From assembly GCA_035627515.1 (NCBI GenBank), contig DASPLQ010000012.1, positions 263,269 through 327,268 of the forward strand: DNA of 64,000 nt, read 5' to 3'. Made by a program: the position numbers and the translations under genes. Position 1 is the first letter of the stretch; every line of letters starts with the position of its first letter. This DNA comes from Vitreimonas sp. GTDB lineage: Bacteria > Patescibacteriota > Microgenomatia > UBA1400 > PJMF01. Below, piece after piece: positions 1-10,290 of the stretch. The notes under the pieces were generated by a model that saw only the letters and a list, made by a program, of their open reading frames with translations, ran no database searches and was not told the DNA's origin.

Positions 1-594
1 CTCCAAGTTGAACAACCACTGCCCATTTTGGATGGACTTTTTGCCGACAAAACTCGGTTCGTGACGCGTTCCGTCGCTAATCATGTAAATGATATTTCAC
101 GAACCCATCCGGAGTTAGTAATCGCTACTTTGGAAAAATGGCGCCAATCGGGACTACAAGAACCTAATGAAATGAATTTTATTATCACTCATTCATTACG
201 AACGCTTATTAAACAAGGCTATCCACCTGCCCTGAACATGCTGGGTTTTTCAGATCAGGCTGCTGTGACTTTATCTGACTTTGTTTTATCTCCACCTGCT
301 GTAAAAATAGGAGAAACGTTGGAGTTTAGCTTTGTGATTACGAGCGAGTACACTCAAAAAGTGCTCATCGATTATGTGATTTACTTTCAAAATAAGCATG
401 GTCAAGCTGCAAGCAAAAAAGTCTTTAAATTAACTCAAGTTACGGTCACCAAAGGCCAGCCAGTAATAGTTCGTAAAAAGCATCCTTTTCGGGCTAATAT
501 GACCACACGTCAGCTTTACCCAGGTGAACATATTATGGAGATACAAATTAATGGCCTCAAACACGGCCGCCACATCTTCATGCTGACAACTTGA
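1..594 (+). CDS. C-terminal part of a DNA alkylation repair protein-like (AlkC/AlkD-type HEAT-repeat) protein with an extra ~110-aa C-terminal beta-rich domain; 5' end lies outside the window
   Basis: ORF 28..594 is open to the window edge. The segment FVTRSVANHVNDISRTHPELVIATLEKW resembles the C-terminal helices of AlkD/AlkC-family proteins. An Ig-like C-terminal extension is described for AlkC. Confidence 0.35.
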   Translation, partial: LQVEQPLPILDGLFADKTRFVTRSVANHVNDISRTHPELVIATLEKWRQSGLQEPNEMNFIITHSLRTLIKQGYPPALNMLGFSDQAAVTLSDFVLSPPAVKIGETLEFSFVITSEYTQKVLIDYVIYFQNKHGQAASKKVFKLTQVTVTKGQPVIVRKKHPFRANMTTRQLYPGEHIMEIQINGLKHGRHIFMLTT

Positions 595-604
595 TTTACC
601 TTTT

Positions 605-1591
605 CTAAAGAGAGCTGACTGAGCTAAAAAAATCAATAATTGTCCGGCTGGTATCAAATTCAGTGTCGTTGCGGCCAATAATCCAGGTGTGATCGACGCC
701 TTGCAAGGTGATTAAACCCACCACACTCCCCTGTTCACATTCGGAATAACTGGTAACACTAATGGCGCCTTTAAAAACTTCCGGCTCACCTTGGCACTTA
801 TTAAGTGTTGTCCATTTTTTGAGTGTTTGCTGAATAGGGATAATCGTGCCGGTCGTATCAGACAAAGCATAATCCATAAAAGGATCGTCTGTGCCCAGAA
901 TCATTAACATCGGCCGGGCTGTGAGTGGTTGGCAGGTATTAAGCACCTTTTCAGGCAAACTTGCCCCAACCGTGGCAAAACCTGCGAAGAGCTCAGGCTG
1001 TTCGCACGCTAAGTGATATACAAAAAAGCCTCCATTAGAAAAGCCAAGGGCAAAAACGTGCTGAGTATCCAGATTATATCGGCCTGCTAATTCGCTTAAA
1101 ATCTGTTTTGTAAAAGCTACGTCCCCACTCTCGGTGTCTGGCTTATCACTGAACACAAAGCGTTGATTAAGGCCTGTGGGATACACGACTAAGAAATTTT
1201 TTTGATCAGCTAGGCCAGAAAGCTGCGTAATTTCCTCCATCTCGGGACCTGTATTCCCTCGCCCATGAAAGGCAAACACTACGCCAATTTTGGCAGTTCG
1301 ATCATAGTTTTCAGGCACATGGAGCACATAACTACGTTCTACACCTTCTACCTTTATTACTTGTAAGGTTTTACTCTCTTGAAGATTTAGTTGACGCCTC
1401 TCTTCTGCTGCCTGTGGTGAAAGAGGCGGTGTAGATACCGCTGTATAAGGCACTTCAGCAACCGGCAACTGCCACTTTATACGTTGAGTATAAAGAAATA
1501 ACAGACCTGCGCCGATCAAAAATATCACCAACAACAACGGAGTCTTCAGTCCTAAAGATTTGGAATGGGGGTTTTTCACTCTCACCATCAT
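605..1591 (-). CDS. alpha/beta-hydrolase esterase, PHB-depolymerase/LpqC-like family, N-terminal membrane anchor
   Basis: VFAFHGRGNTGPEM, a GFSNGG nucleophile elbow (GxSxG) and PELFAGFATVGASLP. N-terminal hydrophobic segment. Confidence 0.55.
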   Translation of the reverse strand: MMVRVKNPHSKSLGLKTPLLLVIFLIGAGLLFLYTQRIKWQLPVAEVPYTAVSTPPLSPQAAEERRQLNLQESKTLQVIKVEGVERSYVLHVPENYDRTAKIGVVFAFHGRGNTGPEMEEITQLSGLADQKNFLVVYPTGLNQRFVFSDKPDTESGDVAFTKQILSELAGRYNLDTQHVFALGFSNGGFFVYHLACEQPELFAGFATVGASLPEKVLNTCQPLTARPMLMILGTDDPFMDYALSDTTGTIIPIQQTLKKWTTLNKCQGEPEVFKGAISVTSYSECEQGSVVGLITLQGVDHTWIIGRNDTEFDTSRTIIDFFSSVSSL

Positions 1592-1600
1592 AGCTGACTG

Positions 1601-2452
1601 TTACTTCATCAGTAAGAGCCCGATCATGGCAATCACACTCCCGATCATCTTTCTCGATAAATCTTCCCGCTCATTGAGAAAAAGAGCCGCGGCAATAAAG
1701 ATCAGCACAATTTTGAAAGTTCCAATTGCAGACACCAAGCTCAGATTCCCTACAATGTAAATTAACGACACCCAAGATAAAGCTGATAAAAAGCGAACTC
1801 CACCAGTAATTAAGGTGTCGGTGGCTGTGTGACGCGATTTATTTTTAGTAATCAACGCCATTATTCCCAATCCTGCCCACTGTGCCCACCAACTTAACAA
1901 TGTGCCAGCACTAAAACCAGTCATTTTTTGTAAGGCTCGCTCAGCAGTCAGTAACACTCCCAACATCAGCCCACTGGCCACCATCATCAAAAAATATTTA
2001 TCGAACTGCAAACGGCCTAAATGATGTTTTTTTGAGATCAAAATAATGGCAATTAATAATAAAATGGTCCCCACTCCCTGTGTCAGGGTTAACCGTTCAT
2101 TCAGTGTTAATGACGCCAGCACTATGGTAATCGGGGTATAGATGTTACTAACTATAGTTGTAACACCAGCATCGACATGTTTTTGAGCCACATATGAACA
2201 AATCCAAAAACCCGCCCCAAACACGCCGCATAACCCAGCCAGAGCCCCTAAGATAAAGATATTGCCTCGGATTTCAAAAGGTTCAATTAACGGCAAAGAC
2301 ATCCCCAATACCACAATAATCGACATGACTTTAAAAGCAAAATCGATCTGCCCGCCTTCTTCACCATCACGATTAATCGCTAACCAACGCCGTTGCAAAG
2401 GCATCACGGTAGCAGCAAAAAAATAAAATAGGTAGGCAAGCAAAAGAGTCAT
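1601..2452 (-). CDS. EamA/DMT-family multi-pass membrane transporter
   Basis: About 10 predicted TM helices in a two-fold repeat architecture typical of drug/metabolite transporters. Confidence 0.5.
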   Translation of the reverse strand: MTLLLAYLFYFFAATVMPLQRRWLAINRDGEEGGQIDFAFKVMSIIVVLGMSLPLIEPFEIRGNIFILGALAGLCGVFGAGFWICSYVAQKHVDAGVTTIVSNIYTPITIVLASLTLNERLTLTQGVGTILLLIAIILISKKHHLGRLQFDKYFLMMVASGLMLGVLLTAERALQKMTGFSAGTLLSWWAQWAGLGIMALITKNKSRHTATDTLITGGVRFLSALSWVSLIYIVGNLSLVSAIGTFKIVLIFIAAALFLNEREDLSRKMIGSVIAMIGLLLMK

Positions 2453-2466
2453 GCGTTACTTCAACT

Positions 2467-3063
2467 TTAAAACGACCCAGTCTTCACTTCTCCAGCTCGT
2501 TGGTAGTTGGCTACGATCACGCCACTAGGGCTGGCTTTAGAGCTCTGCAATGTAAAAGCCGCAGGAATGACCCCATCGCTAAACAAGCGTTTGCCATTTC
2601 CCAGCACAACAGGGAAGATCTTTAACCATAGCTCATCCACTAAGTCATGTTTCAATAAGGTTTGAATCAAGTTGCCACTGCCATGAACTTGCAAATCAGG
2701 ACCATTTTGTGTTTTGAGCTTTTTGATTTCTTCGGCTACGTCGCCATTCAGAAAGACTGATTTTTCCCAATCATGTTTGGTGAGAGTGGTAGATGCCACA
2801 TACTTAGTAGCATTATTAATGCCTGCCCCATCTTCAGGGTGATCTGGCCAATACCCTGCAAAAATCTCAAACGTTTTTCTGCCGAGTAATAAATCAAACG
2901 GCTGGCCCATTTGTTCACCCATTGTCTGGCCCAGCACTTCATCAAAATATGGCACTGTCCAGCCACCATATTTAAAGTTGCCACTCGTATCTTCTTGAGG
3001 ACCACCAGGAGCCTGCATCACGCCATCCAAACTAATAAAAGAGAGAACAATAATTTTTCGCAT
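2467..3063 (-). CDS. dihydrofolate reductase family protein (RibD C-terminal domain-like)
   Basis: N-terminal KIIVLSFISLDGVMQAPGG and a C-terminal WLKIFPVVLGNGKRLF pattern typical of YwjB/RibD_C DHFR-like proteins. Confidence 0.6.
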   Translation of the reverse strand: MRKIIVLSFISLDGVMQAPGGPQEDTSGNFKYGGWTVPYFDEVLGQTMGEQMGQPFDLLLGRKTFEIFAGYWPDHPEDGAGINNATKYVASTTLTKHDWEKSVFLNGDVAEEIKKLKTQNGPDLQVHGSGNLIQTLLKHDLVDELWLKIFPVVLGNGKRLFSDGVIPAAFTLQSSKASPSGVIVANYQRAGEVKTGSF

Positions 3064-3101
3064 ATGGCCTATTGTAACGCAGTACTTTCAGGATGTGAAA
3101 G

Positions 3102-4031
3102 CTATTTACAGCTCACACCTAGCTCTACAGAGCTCGTACAAAATTCCAGCTGCTGTATTTTGTTGTTAGCTCCATCAATGCGATACAGTGCCTTGCCACC
3201 ACCCCCGCCATCGCCTCCTCCACATTGGAAATACCATTGCTTAGTAGTAGTGAATTGCAAAGGGTGAAAACACGAAAAATATGCTAAGCCTGGAGTAGGT
3301 AACTCTGCCCATTGCGTAAACGAGTTATTTTCGATGACACCAAAAAAAGCTTTATTGCGACTGCCACCACCCCCAGCCCACTCTTCAAACTCTAGTAACT
3401 TCATTCCTGTGGCTGTGTCACAGGTCACAAAGGAGTTCACGTTTTTACCTGTACTGCTGGTAACTAACTGAGGTATTTTTAACAGTTCGGGGTCAGATAA
3501 TTGAGTGGCATTTGAGCCGTCGCTAGGATTAGTAAAATAAGCAAGTGATTCCAGAGGTCCACCCAAAATATAAGCTTCAGAACAATCAAGCCCCACCAGC
3601 TTAGTTTCATCAAGCTGGGTCATTTCTGAAGGATACGGCCTATTCACAAACCAGATTGCCGAACTATCAAATAACCTCTTTTTAAACTCTGCCACCGCTG
3701 GGCATTCCGCAAACTCGCAATTAGGACCAGTTCTGCCCACGGCACTGCCATCGGGGCACACTTTAGCATCCATAGTACAAATCACTTGATCGTTTTCTAG
3801 AGATGCTGAAGTAGGAGTGGGACTGACTGCAACTCGTATTTTAGAATTATCTGTAACTTGATTTGATAATGCACGCTGTCTTCCAAAATAGTATCCGCCA
3901 TAGGCCACTACCGGCAAAAGCATGAGAAGCCCTACCACTGCCACCTTTAATGAGTTGGAAGCAGCGGGAGACGAAGACACCACCTGAGTACTAAATGCAG
4001 GCTGAGAGTTGGGAGTCAGGGTTTTTTCCAT
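3102..4031 (-). CDS. membrane-anchored secreted hypothetical protein with Gly run (GGGDGGGGG); paralog of 7047..7871 in N-terminal module
   Basis: N-terminal tail plus TM (LKVAVVGLLMLLPVVAYGGYYFG) followed by a Cys-containing ectodomain. The 5' leader is conserved with the paralog. Confidence 0.5.
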   Translation of the reverse strand: MEKTLTPNSQPAFSTQVVSSSPAASNSLKVAVVGLLMLLPVVAYGGYYFGRQRALSNQVTDNSKIRVAVSPTPTSASLENDQVICTMDAKVCPDGSAVGRTGPNCEFAECPAVAEFKKRLFDSSAIWFVNRPYPSEMTQLDETKLVGLDCSEAYILGGPLESLAYFTNPSDGSNATQLSDPELLKIPQLVTSSTGKNVNSFVTCDTATGMKLLEFEEWAGGGGSRNKAFFGVIENNSFTQWAELPTPGLAYFSCFHPLQFTTTKQWYFQCGGGDGGGGGKALYRIDGANNKIQQLEFCTSSVELGVSCK

Positions 4032-4086
4032 ACATTCAGTATGGGAGATGGGCGGTGGAAAGTAAAGGTAAAACTCTCAAGAAAAG

Positions 4087-6375
4087 CTAATACTTATTTG
4101 AAGTGAATAAAATTTTGATTTTCCGTTTGCCCTTTTCAATCACTTGCACCATCATTAGGCTATTGAGTTCTCGCGTTTGCCAAAATATCGCGGCTGTTTC
4201 TTCCAAGATTTCATAAGCAGGGTTTTCTAAATAATTAACTGCTTTAGTTGTGAATTCTTCATAAGCCCCAGCGCCCGTTCTTTCGTCAGTCATATAGTCA
4301 TATAACGTGCTGGCAATTCTCTTCACGAAAAATTCAGGGTGAGCATCAATTGCAATCACTTCAATCTCACCTTTTTTGCCTTTTGGAGCTTCTATACTAT
4401 TTTTAATTGACTCGGCTAATTGGCGGATGACTTCCTCTTTGACATCACGATAGGTAGCATTTTCTGCTGCCAACCGGCGACACTCGCTGCGGATATTATT
4501 AAATGTCTCTACATTCAGCTCTTTGGTAAGTTGTAATTTCATGTATTCAACTAAGCGATCAGCAGCCTGCTTCACCGTTTGCACTTCTTCTCCACTGACA
4601 TTTTCTGAGAAAGGTGTTGCTTCCGCTTTTTGAATTTTTTGCTCTTCAATCGTTAATTCACCTTGAGAGAAGTCCAACACCACTGTTTTAGCTTCTAAAT
4701 TAACATCAATCAATAAGTGTCCTAACACTTTTTTACTGGAAGCTCCTGTCTCAACTATTTTATAAGAAACGATAATTGAGTCACCACCTACGTTCTCCTC
4801 AACAACCCGAGCTGCTGCCCTAGTGAGGACAGCTTGAATCTTGGAAAAATCATCGTCAGTTTGAAGAGCGCTATTAAGAATTTCAGCTAACTCCTTGCGT
4901 GAAGCTATCACCCGCTCTACCACTGCAGGCGAGACATTCAGGTTTTTAATCCAGTCCCCTAATCGGTCTTGTTCAAATGTAGCTAACTCAAAAGTTTGGT
5001 TACCAATTTGGCACACAAAGTAGGTGGGCTCATCTTCTTCTATTTCCTCAGCAGCCTTTCTAGCTGTAGTTACTGAAGAGGCCTCTCTGATTGGTCTCAA
5101 CTCCTCATCTCTTTTTCTTTTACGCTCTTGAGCCTCCGCCTCACGCTGAGCTTGTTCGGCATCTCTTTCAGCCTTAGCCTTAGCACGCAGGTGATTGATC
5201 CGCATGTTTTTTAAGCCGGTCAGCAAACCACTGACACCAACTAATTCAGCTAAAACAATTACAATTTCTGTAAACGGAATTTTGGCTCCCTCATCCGGCC
5301 GTAAACCTTTGAGCTGGCTATGATTAAAACCAAGTGTATGGGAAATAACTCCCGGACCTTCTTTTTGATACAGAGTCACTCTTTCTTTACCACCAGAAAA
5401 CTTAATATCGACCACTATTCTGCCCGTGGCCGCTGGGTTCAAAGGCATTTGCACATTATCAAATAGTGACTCCACAAAGCGACGTACTTCATCCGGCAAT
5501 GCATTGACATCATAAATAGTGGGACCATCAGACACACCTTCTACCTGCTCAGAACAGATGCGAATTTCCCACATTTCTTTAGTATTAGGACTCTCATAGG
5601 TAAATAGATACTCTTCAGCGCTGATTCTTCTCACAGCTACATCAGGTGGCACAAAAGAACAGACGCCATGTTTATCAAACAAAGCCTGGAGTTCTCTGAT
5701 CAGTTCTTCGTCAGAAAGAAAAGTGTAGATTGGATCATCATAACCGTCAGCTGTTTCAAGCAATATTTCTGATGACACTTCACCCATCATAGGGTTGACC
5801 GTGTAGTTTGTTAAAGTCGTATTGATATATTCCTCATCAAAGTAAGAGGGTTGAACTTCACCGGATGCCATAGGTTCACTGGCGGCTAACGTATTTAAAC
5901 TGTCACCATTGGCTAATGCCAACAACTGATTATGAAAGGAGGGAACCTTGACTGTGTAATCCCCTGTCAGGCGGGTTCGTTCGTAGGTTATTCCACACCG
6001 CATGCCCTTGGGTAAAAAGGCCACCATTTTCCCTGTTTTGTCATATAGCGGGATCCCCATAAACACTAACCGGGCATCGGGACCATAGGTTTCTTTACAA
6101 CTTTGAATAACATTGGCAATTTCTTTTACATTCTGGTTCTTCAGGTAGGGCCTAACATAATCCCGGATGAAGTCTTTCTCTATTTGTGTCAGGTAGGGTG
6201 ATTTACTTAACTCAGCTTCTATAGTCTGTTGGGATACATGACCGTACTCTTTATGTACGTCTTGTTCAGAAATCGCGATGCCAATCAGTGGTACTCCAAC
6301 CATTAAGCCCACTCCACCCACTGCATAAGCTATATCTCTTCGTGTATTTTTCTCAACTTGTTTTCCCATACACAT
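4087..6375 (-). CDS. large hypothetical membrane protein (762 aa) with two TM segments and a charged coiled-coil stretch
   Basis: Long ORF with consistent codon usage. TM near residues 15-35 and about 375-395, then KAKAERDAEQAQREAEAQERKRKRDEE. No recognisable catalytic motif. Confidence 0.5.
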   Translation of the reverse strand: MCMGKQVEKNTRRDIAYAVGGVGLMVGVPLIGIAISEQDVHKEYGHVSQQTIEAELSKSPYLTQIEKDFIRDYVRPYLKNQNVKEIANVIQSCKETYGPDARLVFMGIPLYDKTGKMVAFLPKGMRCGITYERTRLTGDYTVKVPSFHNQLLALANGDSLNTLAASEPMASGEVQPSYFDEEYINTTLTNYTVNPMMGEVSSEILLETADGYDDPIYTFLSDEELIRELQALFDKHGVCSFVPPDVAVRRISAEEYLFTYESPNTKEMWEIRICSEQVEGVSDGPTIYDVNALPDEVRRFVESLFDNVQMPLNPAATGRIVVDIKFSGGKERVTLYQKEGPGVISHTLGFNHSQLKGLRPDEGAKIPFTEIVIVLAELVGVSGLLTGLKNMRINHLRAKAKAERDAEQAQREAEAQERKRKRDEELRPIREASSVTTARKAAEEIEEDEPTYFVCQIGNQTFELATFEQDRLGDWIKNLNVSPAVVERVIASRKELAEILNSALQTDDDFSKIQAVLTRAAARVVEENVGGDSIIVSYKIVETGASSKKVLGHLLIDVNLEAKTVVLDFSQGELTIEEQKIQKAEATPFSENVSGEEVQTVKQAADRLVEYMKLQLTKELNVETFNNIRSECRRLAAENATYRDVKEEVIRQLAESIKNSIEAPKGKKGEIEVIAIDAHPEFFVKRIASTLYDYMTDERTGAGAYEEFTTKAVNYLENPAYEILEETAAIFWQTRELNSLMMVQVIEKGKRKIKILFTSNKY

Positions 6376-6435
6376 TCATTATATCAGTGGTGGCAAGTTA
6401 GAAGGGATTTGGAGATTAGTTTAAGAGGTAGAGAT

Positions 6436-7050
6436 CTAGTTCTTATCCCACTTAAAAGATTCAATTACCTCAGCAAAAACCTGCGATTCTTCTCGCACGT
6501 CAGATAAAGGTGCATTATCTTCATAATCAAACCAGAATCTCATGATTTGATGCGGGCTCGTCTGAGGGTTAACGACATAATAAGTGATAGTATTGCTAAT
6601 TTGACTGTGACTTGAAAGAACTCGCTCGAAAATATGAAATTCTGTCGGCGTGTCTTTGAGAACAACACGCTTTTCCTCATTTTTAAATTGAGGTGCTTGA
6701 GTGGCTTGATGGTTGGCAAATAACCGTTTATCCAACTCAAGGTCATGTGAACTGAGTTGCATCTGAATATAAAGCGTTTTAGTTTTAGTTTCCCCGGGTT
6801 TTGAAAAGCTAAGATACCATGAGCCCAGTGGCCGCTCGCGTTCTAACGCTTCCCAACCCTGTGGGTAACAAAAACTAAATTTTACGTGCCCATTATCTTT
6901 ACTGTAGAGCATAGTAGACGGTGGACAAACTGTTTCCGAATTTTGGGACACTCCCCTTTTCTTTTGCAGGCAAAGTACAACTAATGAAATCACCACCATT
7001 ACGACAATTGCACCTAATAAAAAACGTAGCTGAGTTTTTTTCATTGTCAT
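6436..7050 (-). CDS. hypothetical membrane-anchored protein
   Basis: N-terminal TM (LLGAIVVMVVISLVVLCL). Overlaps the upstream gene by 4 nt, suggesting translational coupling. Confidence 0.4.
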   Translation of the reverse strand: MTMKKTQLRFLLGAIVVMVVISLVVLCLQKKRGVSQNSETVCPPSTMLYSKDNGHVKFSFCYPQGWEALERERPLGSWYLSFSKPGETKTKTLYIQMQLSSHDLELDKRLFANHQATQAPQFKNEEKRVVLKDTPTEFHIFERVLSSHSQISNTITYYVVNPQTSPHQIMRFWFDYEDNAPLSDVREESQVFAEVIESFKWDKN

Positions 7051-7871
7051 TGTTTACGTAAGGTAAAGCTTTTCACCACTTCATCCACAATAGGTAGCTC
7101 ACTCTCATTACTGGTTCGGACTGTAATCTCCACGGGTTTGAAGTAGTGCTCGTTGGCGTTTGATTTGACAGTCACATCGCGGCTGAGCTGTTCTTTTACA
7201 TCCACTGACTGCCCGGGGTCGGTCAGCACTCGGCCATATGCATAACTACCTGACGTGGAATCTACATACCGGACAATATAAATATCACTGCTATCATCAG
7301 CTGGTTCTGGAAGCTTAGTGACTGTCACTGTTTGCGGAGGAATAGGTAGATAAGTACCCGTCCAGCCATCACAATACATCTTTATTTCCACCTCAGTCCC
7401 TGCTAGTGAACTAAGTGCGTAATCTTCACAACCTTGTTTGGGATCATCACTTTCATGCCTGCCTGCTATTTTCTCAAGGTTCCACCCCGCAGGATACTTG
7501 AAACCGAATGTGTAGTTAGTCAACCCACCCATTGTATTGGCCTTAATAGCCAACTGGTGTTGTGTCCAATTGGTAGCTGAAGCACCCGGCGTGGAGGTAG
7601 GTTGAATGGCAGTAATTTCAGAGTGAGGAATGAGTTGTGAACTTGGGCTGGGATTAGCTTGGTTAGTAACAACGGGTCTCGAAACACTTTCTAAAACTTG
7701 AGTACTGAGAACACTTTTTTTACCTAAATAGTATCCACCGCCAGCAGCAATCGGCAAAAGCAGTAACAAACCTACTACAGCTATTTTCAACGTCTGTGCA
7801 GAAACTAAGGAAATTGTGGGCACTTGAGATTCCGATTCAGATTCTAAATTTTGAAGCGTGTTATCTTCCAT
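7047..7871 (-). CDS. membrane-anchored secreted hypothetical protein, paralog of 3102..4031 (shared N-terminal module)
   Basis: N-terminus LKIAVVGLLLLLPIAAGGGYYLGKKSVLSTQV aligns with that of 3102..4031. The upstream approximately 30 nt is near-identical. Confidence 0.5.
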   Translation of the reverse strand: MEDNTLQNLESESESQVPTISLVSAQTLKIAVVGLLLLLPIAAGGGYYLGKKSVLSTQVLESVSRPVVTNQANPSPSSQLIPHSEITAIQPTSTPGASATNWTQHQLAIKANTMGGLTNYTFGFKYPAGWNLEKIAGRHESDDPKQGCEDYALSSLAGTEVEIKMYCDGWTGTYLPIPPQTVTVTKLPEPADDSSDIYIVRYVDSTSGSYAYGRVLTDPGQSVDVKEQLSRDVTVKSNANEHYFKPVEITVRTSNESELPIVDEVVKSFTLRKQ

Positions 7872-7964
7872 GAATTAAGTATGGAAGATGGGCGCTGGAA
7901 AGTAAAGCTGCCTCTTAAGCAGCACAGAACTCGGCTTAACTTTATCTCACTATAGCTAAAAAAA

Positions 7965-8573
7965 TTAATGGGAAGCCTTATTTTTTACCCAAATTAACGT
8001 CCTAACAACTACCCATATTAGTATAATGAAGTCGCATATTTTGGCTGGTATCATCATTATTTGCTGAGAAACAACAATCCCTTTTAGTAAGTAGGGATGA
8101 ACTTTTATTCGTAACCGAGGCTCAAGTGAGGTAACCCACTCTTCTACGGCTTTTACTTCTAATTCCATACTACAGATTTCGTGATACGGGCAATTAATTC
8201 GAGCAATCTCATAATGTAATACCTGGGAAACCCCACTCATTCTCAAAGTATTCAGTTCACCCTGGCCAATAACCTGCTGATTACTCTTTACTTTCCACAA
8301 TAAATGAACGGGTAACTGCTCGTCATTGCCTTCAAATTGATTCACCAACAATTCAACTTCGTGAGTAAACTTCAGCTTACTGAGGCTTAAATCTTTAGGA
8401 GGAACATCACCGGTAAAACTTACTTCAAACTTCTGCCCAGTTTGTAAGTTCCAAGGCACATTTTGGGGCACAAGGCTATATCTAAGACCTTGTTGATTAG
8501 AAAGATAACGAAAGGTAAGGCCGGCAAGTAAAATAAAACTAAAGATAAAATACTCAAAATACTTTTTTTTCAT
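7965..8573 (-). CDS. hypothetical protein with N-terminal signal anchor and C-terminal TM
   Basis: ORF with a hydrophobic N-terminus (FIFSFILLAGLTF) and C-terminus (FIILIWVVVRTLIWV). Confidence 0.4.
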   Translation of the reverse strand: MKKKYFEYFIFSFILLAGLTFRYLSNQQGLRYSLVPQNVPWNLQTGQKFEVSFTGDVPPKDLSLSKLKFTHEVELLVNQFEGNDEQLPVHLLWKVKSNQQVIGQGELNTLRMSGVSQVLHYEIARINCPYHEICSMELEVKAVEEWVTSLEPRLRIKVHPYLLKGIVVSQQIMMIPAKICDFIILIWVVVRTLIWVKNKASH

Positions 8574-8600
8574 GGTCTGTTCCTCAAAACTCTACCGTCT

Positions 8601-9272
8601 TCAAACAACCCGCTGCCGATAACGAGCAACGTCTTCTAGGCTGAGATTTAAAGCTTGAGCCAACATTGACATAAACCGATCCCAATCAAATCCAACTGGA
8701 TCAACTTTATAATCTTCACGAATATCTGGACCTGAAACTTCAGAGTGACCCAAAATGTTTTCAATTGGATGTTTTGCTAGTAATTGAGCTATCAAACCGA
8801 CCAAGGCCAAATACTGGTCATCGGTGAAATCAGTATCTGGATAATCCATGATTTCTATTCCCAGTGAGTTATGGTTTAACCCCACAATCGCCTCCCCTTC
8901 TTCAAGTCTAGGCAAAGCACTTTTACCTGCATGCCAAGCCTTCCTTTCATCCTGTACCATCTGATAAACAACTAAGTCACCCTTTTCGTCTCTCGCCTCC
9001 CTGGGGATAAAGTAGTGGCATGACAGGCCTAACTTTTCTAAATAATTTTTTGCCTCATACACATCAGCACTAGCTTCACCACTTTCATGAGCGAACCCGG
9101 GTATATGCATTGAATGAATTAAAACCGTATGCGGGTTACTCAGAGAGCCTATGTCGTCATGAGCAAAGTAAGTATAGTGTGGATAATATGTATTCTCCGC
9201 TACAGTGTCTCCATCTTTAACAGTGGGTGTATAGTCATTAAACGTTTTTATGATTATCTCAGGCTTTGCCAT
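8601..9272 (-). CDS. N-acetylmuramoyl-L-alanine amidase, AmpD/amidase_2 (PGRP) family
   Basis: HYFIPR...VVYQMV...RKAWHAG...GIEI...DDQY...LGHSEV...DP motifs characteristic of zinc amidase_2 domains. Confidence 0.65.
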   Translation of the reverse strand: MAKPEIIIKTFNDYTPTVKDGDTVAENTYYPHYTYFAHDDIGSLSNPHTVLIHSMHIPGFAHESGEASADVYEAKNYLEKLGLSCHYFIPREARDEKGDLVVYQMVQDERKAWHAGKSALPRLEEGEAIVGLNHNSLGIEIMDYPDTDFTDDQYLALVGLIAQLLAKHPIENILGHSEVSGPDIREDYKVDPVGFDWDRFMSMLAQALNLSLEDVARYRQRVV

Positions 9273-9273
9273 G

Positions 9274-9828
9274 TTAAGTTGATTTTAACAGCTTCAGCCA
9301 AAAATGTAATTGTTCCAGCATGATGGTAGCTTTTTGCGTATATTTATCATGATTGCTAGTGGCCACAAACTCCCAAATTGGCAGAGCCACCTGTTCGCGA
9401 ATGGGCAACATTTGTAATTCGATAGCCACCAATCTCATTTGTTCGACTGCTCTAATTCCCCCATCAGTTCCATATCCCACAAAGGCAATCGGTTTGTTAT
9501 TCCACTCTGTATATAAGTGATCAAAGGCGTTTTTAACTACCGCCGGATATCCTCGATTGTATTCAGGAAGCAAGACAATATATCCATCGAAATTTTCAAT
9601 TTTTTTGCTCCATTTTTGTATGACTTCTTGCGTATAGTTTTTTTCAGTGGGAAAAGCTGGCTCATTAAATAAGGGAATGTCCCAAGTTTGTAAATCTAAT
9701 ACTTCAAATTCTATTCCAGAATAATTTTTATAGATGGTTTCGAACCATGCTAAAACTTTGTCAGCGTTCCTACCCGGCCGAGTGCTGCCTACAATGATAG
9801 CAATCTGTGGTTTTTTATTTGTGGTCAT
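9274..9828 (-). CDS. NADPH-dependent FMN reductase (flavodoxin-like fold)
   Basis: IAIIVGSTRPGRN...LPEYNRGYPAVVKNAFD...FVGYG pattern of the SsuE/YieF family. Confidence 0.65.
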   Translation of the reverse strand: MTTNKKPQIAIIVGSTRPGRNADKVLAWFETIYKNYSGIEFEVLDLQTWDIPLFNEPAFPTEKNYTQEVIQKWSKKIENFDGYIVLLPEYNRGYPAVVKNAFDHLYTEWNNKPIAFVGYGTDGGIRAVEQMRLVAIELQMLPIREQVALPIWEFVATSNHDKYTQKATIMLEQLHFWLKLLKST

Positions 9829-9918
9829 AGAGAACCTCCATCAATTAATCAGAATTGAATAATAAAGGCTACATGGCTATAATGGGAAGTACGCACAAAT
9901 TTGTAATATACACACCAT

Positions 9919-10290
9919 ATGGAATGTAAAACTTTTGATCTCAAACAACTGTATTGCCCTACACGAGATATTATTGATTTAATTGGTGATCGCTGGTCCA
10001 TCATTACTATTCATGCACTTGAGGATAATGTGCTTCGCTATAATGAAATTCAACGTCGAGTGGAAGGTATCAGCCAAAAAGTTCTTACCCACACTCTCAG
10101 AAATCTAGAAAAAAATGGTCTTCTAAAAAGAAAAATTTATCCCGTTATCCCCCCCAAGGTTGAGTACTCACTTACCCCCCTAGGTAAATCACTGATTCCC
10201 GTTTTTATGACCATGACTCAGTGGGCCGAACAAAATTTTACAGCCATTGAAGAAGCCCGTGCTACTTTTAATACGAGTTCTGAAGAGTGA
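9919..10290 (+). CDS. HxlR-family winged-helix transcriptional regulator
   Basis: CP..DIIDLIGDRWSIITIHAL...RYNEIQRRVEGISQKVLTHTLRNLEKNGLL...YSLTPLG. Divergent from the FMN reductase gene. Confidence 0.7.
   Translation: MECKTFDLKQLYCPTRDIIDLIGDRWSIITIHALEDNVLRYNEIQRRVEGISQKVLTHTLRNLEKNGLLKRKIYPVIPPKVEYSLTPLGKSLIPVFMTMTQWAEQNFTAIEEARATFNTSSEE

Noticed and set aside
2748-3267. ORFs 2748..3005 (minus) and 2911..3267 (plus)
   Set aside because: They overlap the DHFR-family gene and the Gly-run gene. The PPPPPSPPP stretch is antisense of the GGGDGGGGG codons.
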